Positions 1 to 11,493 of a stretch of 64,000 bases of DNA are shown here, one piece after another. The stretch is from Octopus vulgaris (taxonomy: Eukaryota), in contig OX597833.1 in NCBI GenBank assembly GCA_951406725.2, forward strand, positions 57,536,001 through 57,600,000, written 5' to 3'. Position 1 is the stretch's first letter. The number at the start of each line of letters is the position of its first letter. The notes under the pieces were generated by a model, which was given only the letters and a program-made list of their open reading frames with translations, searched no databases and was not told where the DNA came from. The position numbers were made by a program, and so were the translations under genes.

Positions 1-24
1 GGATCATGTGATCAGAATTAGTCG

Positions 25-260
25 GAGTCACGCTCATTTTGATTCACTTCCTCGAGGTCATGACCTCTGTCTCATTCATGACCTATGTCACGATGCGAAG
101 AAACAAAGGTTTTAACTACAGAGAGACAGAGTTAGTACGAGTTGTGAGCTTTTTGACCCACTTCATTAAGGTCATGACCTATAAATCATGTCATGACCTA
201 TGAATCATGACTTCTGTAATGATGCAAGGGAACAAGGGTTAACAATAGAAACGAAGAGAT
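25..260. repeat. Degenerate tandem duplication (about 115-130 bp units) rich in TGACCT words
   Basis: AGGTCATGACCT at 55-66 and 169-180; the downstream blocks gatgcgaagaaacaaaggtt and gatgcaagggaacaagggtt align. Confidence 0.6.
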
Positions 261-377
261 GATTACGCCACCGAAATCGGAATGTATTCATAACAATTAT
301 TGTTATTCTTGATATAGTTTTGTTATAATCGTTGTTGTCATTACCGAGAGACTTTTTGTTTATTACTATTGAAATCT

Positions 378-1300
378 AGGCGATGCACTGGCAGAATCAG
401 TAGCGCGCTGGACGAAATGCTTAGCGAACGTGCCGGCATGTTCTGAGTTCAATTTCCACTTAGGTCGACTTTGCCTTTCATACTTTCGGGGTCGATAAAT
501 TAAGGACCAGTTACGCACTGGGGTCGATATAATCGACTTAATCCCTGCGTCTGTCCTTGTTTGTCCTCTCTGTGTTTGGCCCCTTGTGGATAGTAAAGAA
601 ACAGGTATTTTACCCTTTTTCGTGTTCTGAGTTCAAATTCCGCCGAGGTCGACTTTACCTTCATTCCTTTCGAAGTCGATAAATTAAGTACCAGTTACGC
701 ACTGGGGTCGATGCAATCGACTATCCACATCCCCCAAATGTCAGGCCTTGTGCCTTTAGTAGAAAGGATTATAACTATTGAAGTCAAGGCGATGTGCTGG
801 CAGAATCGTTAGCGCGCTGGACGAAATGCTTCGCGGTATTTCGTCTGTCGTTACGTTCTGAGTTCAAATTCCGCCGAGGTCGACTTTGTCTTTCATCCTT
901 TCGGGGTCGATTAAATAAGTACCAGATACGCACTGGGGTCGATATAATCGACTTAATCCCTTTGTCTGTCCTTGTTTGTCCTCTCTGTGTTAGTAAAGAA
1001 ATAGGTATTTCGCCCGTCGTTACATTCTGAGTTCAAATTCTGCTGAGGGCGACTTTACTTTTTATCCTTTCGGGGTCGATAAAAATAAGTACCTGTTGAA
1101 CATTAGGGTCGATTTAATCGACTATATCCTCCCCACAAAATATCAGGCCTTGTGTCGATAATAAAGAATTATTACTATTCAAGTCAAGACAGTGAGTTGG
1201 CAGAATCGTTGAGCACGTCGGACAAAATGCTTGAACAGTTTTCTGTCCTTTATGTTCTGAGTTTAAATTCCACCGAGATCAACTTTGGCTTTAATCCTTG
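378..1300 (+). mobile_element. Head-to-tail cluster of SINE family A (tRNA-like head; about 5 full or partial copies)
   Basis: Repeated tggcagaatcgttagc head, gagttcaaattcc B-box-like motif, gaggtcgactttgcctttcatcctttcggggtcgat central domain and ...gtaaagaaata tail. Confidence 0.9.
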
Positions 1301-1419
1301 CGGGTGTTCGGTCGATCGGATCAATTGGAACACTCGTCGTCGTAACCGACGGAGTGCTAGTTTTCATTACCGATCCTGTTCCTGATGTTACTGTTGTCTA
1401 ATTCAATTTGTTATTGTAT

Positions 1420-1593
1420 AGGCGTAGGAGTGGCTGTGTGGTAAGTAGCTTGCTTACCAACCACATTGTTCCTGGTTCAGTCCCACTGCGTGGCACCTTG
1501 GGCAAGTGTCTTCTATAGCCTCGGGTCGACCAAAGCCTTGTGAGTGGATTTGGTAAACGGAAACTGAAAGAAGCCCGTCGTATATATGTATGC

Positions 1594-1645
<52 letters not shown>

Positions 1646-1857
1646 TTGTGTGTCTGTGTTGTCCCTCCCTCCCCCCAACATCGCTTGACAACCGATGCTG
1701 GCGTGTTTACGTCCCCGTAATTTAGCGGTTCGGCAAAAGAGACCAATAGAATAAGAACTAGGCTTACAAAGACTAAAAGCCCTGGAGTCGAGTTGCTCAA
1801 CTAAAGGCGGTGCTCCAGCATGGCCACAGTCAAATGACTGAAACAAGTAAAAGAGAG
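1420..1857 (+). mobile_element. SINE family B, full length, with internal (TA)n(TG)n
   Basis: aggcgtaggagtggctgtgtggtaag head, ggttcagtccc B-box-like motif, accttgggcaagt (CORE-like), aaacaagtaaaagag tail; more than 15 copies in the window. Confidence 0.92.
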
Positions 1858-1979
1858 TGTTTGTATGTTACTCATTTTGTTGTTGTTAATGTTGCGATGT
1901 TGTTGTTACTGTTGTTGCTGCCGTCATCATCGTCGTCCTTACCATTAAGATCGTCATTAAAACTGCTATATACCATTCC

Positions 1980-2285
1980 CCATACCACCACCACCACCAT
2001 TTCTGTAAAGCCTTCCACCTTCTCTCGCCAATGCCTTCACCACCACCACTACCTTCACCGTCACAAACACACTTATCACTACCATCATACCACCACCACC
2101 ACCACCACCACCACCGTCATCATCATCATAACCACCACCACCGTCATCATCATCATAACCACCACCACCACCACCACCACCACCGTCATCATCATCACCA
2201 CCACCACCACCACCATCATCATCATAACCACCACCACCACCAACAACATCACCACTACCACCACCACCTCCACCACCACCACCAG

Positions 2286-2316
<31 letters not shown>

Positions 2317-2560
2317 GTCATCATCACCATCACCGCCACCATCATCATCGTCATCATCACCATCACCGCCACCATCATCATCGTCATCATCACCATCACC
2401 GCCACCATCATCATCGTCATCATCACCATCACCGCCACCATCATCATCGTCATCATCACCACCACCACCACCATCATCATCATCATAATCGTATAATCAA
2501 TACCGTGCCAATATTCTCACCTAACCCTATAGCTAACTCCCACGACCACGACCGCCATCA
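1980..2560. repeat. (CAC)n/(CAT)n trinucleotide low-complexity tract
   Basis: Directly visible; includes four 30-bp accgccaccatcatcatcgtcatcatcacc-type units. Confidence 0.95.
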
Positions 2561-3230
2561 CCACCACCACCACCACCACCACAACCTCCTCCTCCCCTTC
2601 CTCTTCCTCCTCCTTCCCTCCATCACTGCCTCCTCTATCACCACTACCAACACTGCCACTACGAAAACAGACACCACCACCACCACCACCACCACCACAA
2701 CCTCCTCCTCCCCTTCCTCTTCCTCCTCCTTCCCTCCATCACTGCCTCCTCTATCACCACTACCAACACTGCCACTACGAAAACAGACACCACCACCACC
2801 ACCACCACCACCACCACCACCACCACCACCACAACCTCCTCCTCCCCTTCCTCTTCCTCCTCCTTCCCTCCATCACTGCCTCCTCTATCACCACTACCAA
2901 CACTGCCACTACGAAAACAGACACCACCACCACCACCACCACCACCACCACCACCACCACCACCACCACCACAACCTCCTCCTCCCCTTCCTCTTCCTCC
3001 TCCTTCCCTCCATCACTGCCTCCTCTATCACCACTACCAACACTGCCACTACGAAAACAGACACCACCACCACCACCACCACCACCACCACCACCACCAC
3101 CACCACCACCACCACCACACCTCCTCCTCCCCTTCCTCTTCCTCCTCCTTCCCTCCATCACTGCCTCCTCTATCACCACTACCAACACTGCCACTACGAA
3201 AACAGACACCACCACCACCACCACCATCGC
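2560..3230. repeat. Compound minisatellite: 5 units of about 90 bp separated by (CAC)n of variable length
   Basis: Units start near 2581, 2697, 2831, 2971 and 3117, each cctcctcctcccc...actacgaaaacagac. Confidence 0.95.
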
Positions 3231-3584
3231 CACCAGATTATATAAACCAGTGCTTAAAGACTCGACATAACAAGACCTCATTGTTCCCAATAAAACTCTT
3301 CAAGTCTTTGATGTGTAATTGTTGTTCTTTTCTCTAAACATTTCCTTTACTTTTTCTTTGTCCTTCTCCTTCCTCCCACAGCGCCTTCCTCTGCCTATCT
3401 GCCCGTCTTATATATATATATATATATATATGTCTGTCAGCCTGTGCCTTCGTCTGTCTGCCTGTGCCTTCGTCTGTCTGCCTGCTTGTCCGTCTGTCTG
3501 TCTACTTCCTTCAATGCTTTCCTTCAGGACGATCGCCATTGGAATGTCTTTTCGTGATAGGTCTACCGATTAGGATGGATCGCA

Positions 3585-4144
<560 letters not shown>

Positions 4145-4619
4145 GCACATGTACGCGCGTATTCATCATTATTTTATTTATTTCATTCAATTCCATAAGA
4201 ATTGAAACATGTCTTTGACGATTCCGCAGCGTATTGAACTTATTATTATTATTTTTTTTTTTTTTTGCGTGACTTTTGACCCACCCTGTATAAGAATAAA
4301 AAAAAAAACAAAGATAACAATGTACTTTTTTCTGTTTAAGAAGCTGAAGACGTTGTCAGTGAGAGATGTTAACCTTCTTCACGACCGAACTCAGAAAGGA
4401 AACGAAGCAATTTCACATCAATTCACTCACCCGGTTGGGCAATGATAATGCTCCGCTACTCCAGTATTCCACCCCATCCCAATCCACCCCCACGGGTACT
4501 ACACATACTTAACACCTTCCTATCATAGCTCGGGTCTAAATATTGTAATTTTTTGTCGTAATATTTAGCAGCAGCGGCACAGCAGCACCGCCAACAATTA
4601 AACCCTTGCGGCCCGTTAT

Positions 4620-5782
4620 TGCTGTCCCCACGGCCACCATTACCACCGCCAACATCGCCTTTACCATCGCCACCATCGCCACCATCGCCACCGTGACCAA
4701 CACCATCAGCATCACCACTGACACCACTACTGCCACTAACGACACCACTACTACCATCGCCACCATCGCCAGTTCCACTACCACTAGCGTCACGAAAACC
4801 GCCACCGCCACCACCATCACCGCCATTACCGTCATCATCATCATCATCATCACCCCCACCCCCACCGGCACTTTCCAGTACCATCACAACTATCACAACC
4901 ACCCACAACCATTACCACCACAGCTGCTACCACCAGCGCCTCTCTACCTTCACAACCACGTCCATCACCACCACCATCTGCACCACAATCACTATCGTAT
5001 AACCACCACCACCATCACCACCACCACCACCACCACCACCACCACCACCACCACCACCATCTCCACCACCTCCATCACCACCACCACTACCACCTCCACC
5101 ACCAGACCACCACCATCTGCACCACAATCACTATCGTATTAAAACCACCTCCGCCGCCACCACCACCACCACCACCACAACCACCACCACCACCACAACC
5201 ACCACCACCACCATCTGCACCACAATCACTATCGTCCACTACCACAACCATTTGCACCACAATCACTACCGTATTACCACCACCACCGCCACCACCACCA
5301 CCACCACCAAAAGCACTCCCCAACTCCACCACCACCACCACCACCACCACCCCCTCTCTCCCTCATTCTCTCATCCAAGTCATCCAAACATCAAACACTG
5401 TCCACTCCACACATCGCTTCACTGCATCAAGAGAAAACTTATTATCTCCGTCCGGATTCTCCAATGTAATTGTTTCATGACGTGATTACACCAACACCGC
5501 TGTCGTCACCGCCATCGCTTCACCAACACCGACGCCGCCTCCGCCGCCGCCACGACCGTCACTGCAATCACAAGTACGACCACCCACTATCGCCATATCG
5601 CCTCCAAAACTATTAACTTCTACCAGCACCACCACCAGCACCACTGCCGCCGCCATCGCCGCCGCCGCCATCGCCGCCGCCGCCATCGCCCGCCGCCGCC
5701 GCCGCCATCGCCGCCGCCGCCGCCATCGCCGCCATCGCCGCCGCCGCCGCCGCCGCCGCCATCGCCGCCATCGCCGCCGCCA
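4620..5782. repeat. (ACC)n and (GCC)n low-complexity tracts
   Basis: Directly visible; the ccatctgcaccacaatcactatcgt motif recurs four times. Confidence 0.9.
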
Positions 5783-5800
5783 TAAATACGGTTACGTCCC

Positions 5801-5932
5801 TTACTCTCTTTTACTCTTTTAGTAGTTTCAGTCATTTGACTGCGGCCATGCTGGAGCACCGCCTTTAAGTCGAGCAAATAGACCCCAGGACTTATTCTTT
5901 TTGTAAGCCTAGTACTTATTCTATCGGTCTCT
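5801..5932 (-). mobile_element. SINE B 3' fragment
   Basis: Matches the reverse complement of the tail of 1420-1857. Confidence 0.85.
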
Positions 5933-6496
5933 GCACACACACACAAATGTACTAACACACAGGCACAAACCCCCACACAAACGCATATATACTTACACGC
6001 GCATGCATGCATGCACACGTATATACTTATATACACACACATACACATATACTTGCACACACACATATACTTACACGCGCACACACGTATATACCTATAC
6101 ACACACATATACTTACACGCGCATACAAACACACACACACGTATATACTTATATACATACACACATATATATACTTACACATACACACATTCTTACACAC
6201 ACACACACATATATATGCTTACACACACATATATATACTTACATATTACTTACACACACATGTATATACTTACACACACTCTCACATATATATACTTACA
6301 CACTCACATATATGTACTTATACACATACACACATATTCTCACACACATACACACACACACACACACAAACATACACACACACATTGTGATTTTAATTCA
6401 GCATTCCTATGAAAAGATTTTCTCTCAGACAAAACAACCACAGAATTATGCCTGTCAACGATGTATATACGTTAAACACGGCACATAGGTGATTCT

Positions 6497-6723
6497 TTAT
6501 GAACTTCATTGGCTTACAGCTGTCTCTGCAGTAAGATACAGGCGACTCATAATTGAGTGCCTGAATAACACTTTATAGCTTCATCGGAGCCTCGAATATG
6601 AAGTGCAATTTATTTGGGAAAGAACTACATTTATGCATGAATACAGAACGGCATTATCATTGAGAAAGTCAAAGTTCACTACATCTGATCGCAGAAACAG
6701 CTGTAAGCTTATGAAGTTCATAA
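6497..6723. repeat. 33-bp inverted repeat pair (6497-6529 / 6691-6723)
   Basis: 30/33 identity; contains GAAACAGCTGTA. Confidence 0.8.
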
Positions 6724-6861
6724 GATAATCACTTGTTCCTTTGTCATCTCTCTTTCTTATTACCTCTCTATGCTCAGCTGACACCTCGTTCAGAAGTATA
6801 TTGAGTTCTACACCAGGTTAGTAGTCTTGCAAGGCCTAAGCGAATATATATATATATATAT

Positions 6862-7070
6862 AAAGTTAATCCAAACAAGAAAGCACAAAAAAACACAACA
6901 ACGCGAGGACGTGGAACAAACATAGTATTATTGGACGCTCAGGAAAGAAGGAAAGAAGGAGGGTTTAACGTTTCGAGCGGAGCTCTTCGTCGGAAACATA
7001 GGAGAAGGAAAGATCCAGAGAAGGGAAGACAGAGGAAAAAAATCGCCAACGGTACACACGAGGTCATACA
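6862..7070 (-). mobile_element. Penelope-like terminal fragment with a minimal hammerhead motif
   Basis: Minus strand 6997-6963 reads GTTT CCGACGA A GAGC tcc GCTC GAAA CG T T AAAC; abuts (TA)n; homologous to 13458-13580. Confidence 0.6.
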
Positions 7071-7582
7071 AAGCTTATATCCCTCCCCACCACTACACAC
7101 TCAATAACACTATAAAATGGTCAAAATTTTTCCACAGGAACTTAGTTCCATTTGAAAAGTCCACCAGAATGGACGAAAGCGCTAATACATGATATATGAT
7201 ATAAGTTATATGATGTATAAAAACATGTAATATACAAATAAATATCTGTAAATAAAACCATCCGAATTTCTGAGTACCTTCATTTCTTCTAATATAAAAT
7301 ACCTGTACATCATCTCCAAACCTTCTAATATATATATATATATATATATATTTATGTATATATATATATATATATATATATTGTGTGTGTGTGTGTGTGT
7401 GTTTGTGTGTGTATATATATGTATATATATATATGGTGTATTTATATATATAAAAATGTGTATGCGCGCGCGCGTGTACATTCAGGGCTTTCCTATATAT
7501 GCAGTTACAAGAATTTACGCACACACACATTCATATACACAGATACAAAAATGTACATATATACATACCTATATATATATAT

Positions 7583-7757
7583 TCTCTCCTTTTTTCTCTC
7601 CTTGTTTTTCTCTGTGTATCATTCTGTCGAAGAGCGTAGGCTTGAAACGTAAAAGACTTTTTCTATTTCTATTCCTGAGCGCTATACTAATACATTTGTT
7701 TGTTTGTACTCCACCTGCCTTCGTCTTTTGTTTATTTTCCTAAACTTTCCCGTTATA
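7583..7757 (+). mobile_element. Penelope-like terminal fragment (ctgtcgaagagcgtaggc family)
   Basis: Homologous to 37672-37897, 42985-43160 and 53810-53920; flanked by TA runs. Confidence 0.6.
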
Positions 7758-7962
7758 TATTAACACATACAGACATACGTATTATTTCCAAATAGCAGAC
7801 AACTCTTAAATGTATTCAGAAATTCTTTGCGACAAATATCTACAAATTAAAACAAACGTATAAACTTCATTTCTACAGAAAAAAAGAGCATACTTTAAAG
7901 GAGACTTGACTACTATTTCTAGTAGCGATCGCTCATACCTGCCTAGTATTGCTGTTGTTGCT

Positions 7963-8335
7963 TTGTTTGTTTGTTGAGCGAAGCGGTCTTCGTCCTCTTG
8001 GGAGAAGTCCGAAACGTGGTCCTTTGCTATTCGTAAGACCCGCAGAAGAGAAAGCAGGTCAACCTCCGACACCGAGAGCATCGACGGATGGATGAATGCG
8101 CATCCAGGCTCAGCGATTGCGTAGGAAGTCGGGGACAAGAAGCAGGAAGAAAGAGAGAGAGTGAAAGTTGGGGCGAAAGAGTACAACAGGGGTCGCCACC
8201 ACCCGCTGCCGGAGCCTCGTGGAGCTTTTAGGTGTTTTCGCTCAAAAAACACACACAACGTACGGTCTGGGAATCGAAACCGCGATCCTCCGACCGCGAG
8301 TCCGCTGCCCTAACCACTGGGCCATCGCGCCTCCA
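7963..8335 (-). mobile_element. SINE family C (tRNA-Arg-like head), tail type i
   Basis: Head tggaggcgcgatggcccagtggttagggcagcggactcgcggtcg; 15-bp TSD attgct(g/a)ttgttgct at 7948-7962 and 8336-8350. Confidence 0.92.
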
Positions 8336-8907
8336 ATTGCTATTGTTGCTACCATTTAGTGGCGTTCATTCTGTTAGAACCCTAATTAAACAGGCAATTC
8401 AATAAAAAAAAGAATCTAATATCTCGTATTATTGAAGTACTTAAGGGCAAAAATTACCCCAACAACACTTGAGAGGTTAATTGAAGTTTTTCGTAAGGCA
8501 CTTGACCTTTCAAGGGGAATATCAACTGAATTCTTTGTTCGAGGATAACGAAGCGGTATAACTTCCTTTCGGAACTGTATCACGGTTTTTTACATAAAAC
8601 AGATATGTTTAAATGTCGAGCGTAATGCGGCGTGTATACGCGGCAGCGGTGATGGTGGTGGTAGTGGTGGAAATATGATGACCGTTTAGCAAACGCGTGA
8701 ACAAAGGGATAACTCCGTGTGTGGTTGTGTGTGTGTGTGTGTGTGTGCGTGTGTGTGTGTGTGTGCGTGCGTATGCGCATGTGCATATGTATATATATAT
8801 AATAGAAATATTAAAATTACTAAGTCTCTTTAAAAGAGATTACGACAGCGTTTCTGGAAATTAATAGTTATCGTCATATTTTTAAGAATGCCATATTAGT
8901 ATGGCAA

Positions 8908-8946
<39 letters not shown>

Positions 8947-9153
8947 GGGCGGGGCGTAAGCGCATGTACATATATGTATGTGTGTGTATGTGTGTGTGTG
9001 TAAGTGCATGTGTGTGTTTATGCGCATGTGCATATGTATATATATATATATATATGGTGTATGTGTGTTTGTGTAAGCGCATGTACATATATGTATGTGT
9101 GTGTATGTGTCTCTGTGCGAATGTGTGTAATTGCATGTGTGTGTTTATGCGCA

Positions 9154-9211
<58 letters not shown>

Positions 9212-9576
9212 CTCGCGTGTACTTAATGACGTACTTTTAATGACTTTCTTGACAAAAAAAACTTCGAAGGCACTGTCAATAGAATCATTAAAATACTTAT
9301 GGTTGAGTCCTTGGTTAACGCGCTGTTGAAGAGGATTACACTTGTGTAGGGTTGCCGAACCACTAAATTACAAGAACGTAAACACACCAACACACCATTC
9401 AAATCTGAAGATTCAGGAAATTATATTACATACATATAAGAGGAATGATCACTAGGTGGACTCCTAATATGCTAAGTGTAGATCCCATATGGTCTAACCT
9501 CTAAGAAAAATTGTTCCCAAGAAATTCGGTAAACGCCTGAACGTATATAGATATATATATATATACAAATACATAT

Positions 9577-9980
9577 ACTCTTTTACTCTTTTACTTGTTT
9601 CAGTCATTTTACTGCGGCCATGCTGGAGCACCACCTTTTAGTCGAGCAAATCGACCCCGGGACTTATTCTTTGTAAGCCCAGTACTTATTCTATCGGTAC
9701 CTTTTGCCGAACCGCTAAGTGACGGGGACGTAAACACACCAGCATCGGTTGTCAAGCAATGCTAGGGGGACAAACACAGACACACAAACACACACATACA
9801 TATATATACATATATACGACAGGCTTCTTTCAGTTTCCGTCTACCAAATCCACTCACAAGGCATTGGTCGGCCCGGGGCTATAGTAGAAGACACTTGCCC
9901 AAGATGCCACGCAGTGGGACTGAACCCGGAACCATGTGGTTGGTTAGCAAGCTACTTACCACACAGCCACTCCTGCGCCT
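9577..9980 (-). mobile_element. SINE B, full length
   Basis: Colinear with 1420-1857. Confidence 0.92.
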
Positions 9981-10125
9981 ATGTATAAGTTGAATAAAGA
10001 TTATAGCTCTATACAAATCAAATTTTTATATATAAAAGATGGAGGTGGAAATATAGCAAGTCTAAGACATTTCAATTTAAGAGGACATTTTTAAAAAATG
10101 ATTTAAAAAATTTTATATAGAGAAA

Positions 10126-10165
10126 TTATAACCAGTTTCGATGTATTTCATCTTATCAAATATCA
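10126..10165 (-). ncRNA. Candidate minimal hammerhead (mirror copy in the left arm)
   Basis: Minus strand reads GATAT TTGATAA GATG aaata CATC GAAA CTGG T T ATAA. Confidence 0.5.
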
Positions 10166-10290
10166 GTACAAATTTATAAAAATTTTAAGTAAAAACAGTT
10201 TATCCTCTGTCTGGAGGTAAAGACGTGTTCTTTGACCCCCAGACAGAAAATTTACAGTTTTTACTTTAATTTTTTATAATTTTTTTTACT

Positions 10291-10330
10291 GATATTTGAT
10301 AAGATGAGATACATCGAAACTGGTAATATT
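10291..10330 (+). ncRNA. Candidate minimal type I hammerhead ribozyme (U3-A8 variant)
   Basis: ATAT TTGATAA GATG agata CATC GAAA CTGG T A ATAT: stems I and II pair; GUA cleavage triplet. Confidence 0.6.
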
Positions 10331-10420
10331 TTCTTTATTAAAAATTTTTTAAATCATTTTTATTAAATTCCCTCTTAAATTGAAATGCCTTAGACTTACT
10401 TCTGTGCTATTTCCACTTCC

Positions 10421-10455
<35 letters not shown>

Positions 10456-10499
10456 CGCATGTATGTATGTATGTATGTATGTATGTATGTATATATATC

Positions 10500-11480
10500 C
10501 GGATATTGTACGATGGGTTGGTGCCTTCCTCTCAGATCGCTCCTTCCAAGTCCAAGTTAATGGTTCGCGGTCCGACGTCTTCAGTGCGAGCAGTGGCGTG
10601 CCTCAAGGTTCAGTGCTTGGGCCCTTATTGCTCTTAGTCTTCATAAATGACTTGCCCGACCACCTCACGGAACACACCCTTCTATTTGCTGACGATGTCA
10701 AACTGGTCGCTCCTCACGGTGATATAGAGGATCTTTGTCGATGCCTCCACCAAATTTGGAGGTGGTCTAACGAATGGGACCTGTGTCTGAACGTGTCAAA
10801 GTGCTATCATCTGCCTGTTGGCTCCCCTCCTGCAACTCAACTTGATTTCGAGCCGGGTCGTCTGCTGCTGGAGAGGACCGATCAGGTAAAGGACCTGGGT
10901 ATCTTGGTGGATAACTCCTTTTCGCCCTCGGCCCAGTGCGTCCATTCTGCCAACAAAGCACGCGGAATTCTGTTCTTGATTCGACGGTCATTCGGAATGC
11001 TCACAGCAGCCATATTCCTACCGCTCTATGTCACGCTGGTGAGACCCTTATTGGAGTACGGGATTCAAGCCTCTTCTCCTTATCTCCTCAAAGACATACA
11101 GCATCTCGAAAGAGTCCAGAAGCTGGCTACCCGCATGGTTCATGGTCTCAAGAATTTGTCTTATGAAGAAAGGCTGAAGACGCTCCTCCTTTATTCTCTA
11201 GAAAAACGCCGCCGCCGTGGTGATCTCATTCTCGCTCACAACATCATAAGCGGAAAGTGTTACCTCTCGAAAGAGCTGTTCTTCACTCCTGCTCCAGAGC
11301 GTCGGCTGCGGGGTCATTCCGAAAAGCTCTATCTGCGACGATTTCATCTCAATCGAAGGAGAGGGGCTTTCTCCGTCCGGGTTGCGGATCCGTGGAACAA
11401 GCTGCCAGAACGCGAAGATGCAGACGACCGCTTTGTTCAAAGTCTCCCTTGACCTCAAGTGGCCTGAACTCTTTATATGA
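10500..11480 (+). pseudogene. LINE ORF2 C-terminal half (reverse transcriptase), truncated, with a frameshift near 11410
   Basis: SGVPQGSVLGPLL, LFADDVKL, VKDLGILVD, LERVQKLATRMV, RGHSEKL and WNKLP motifs; the shifted frame ends KWPELFI* at 11480. Confidence 0.93.
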
Positions 11481-11493
11481 ACACCACCCTGTA

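Larger units (their letters stand above)
10039..10422. repeat. 384-bp imperfect palindrome carrying a hammerhead motif in each arm
   Basis: Ends atggaggtggaaata / tatttccacttccat; apex loop cgtgt at 10224-10228; arms pair along their whole length. Confidence 0.9.

Noticed and set aside
1398-1846. Recurrent ORFs such as DGLLSVSVYQIHSQGFGRPEAIVEDTCPRCHAVGLN
   Set aside because: Translations of SINE B copies, not a gene family.
1810-3290. Long His/Thr/Pro-rich ORFs (228-404 aa)
   Set aside because: They are translations of (CAC)n/(CAT)n repeats that are open in several frames and on both strands; no splice or domain evidence.
10463-10499. Met start for the RT ORF
   Set aside because: The ATG lies in the upstream (TATG)n microsatellite; the LINE is 5'-truncated and lacks the endonuclease and the N-terminal part of RT.
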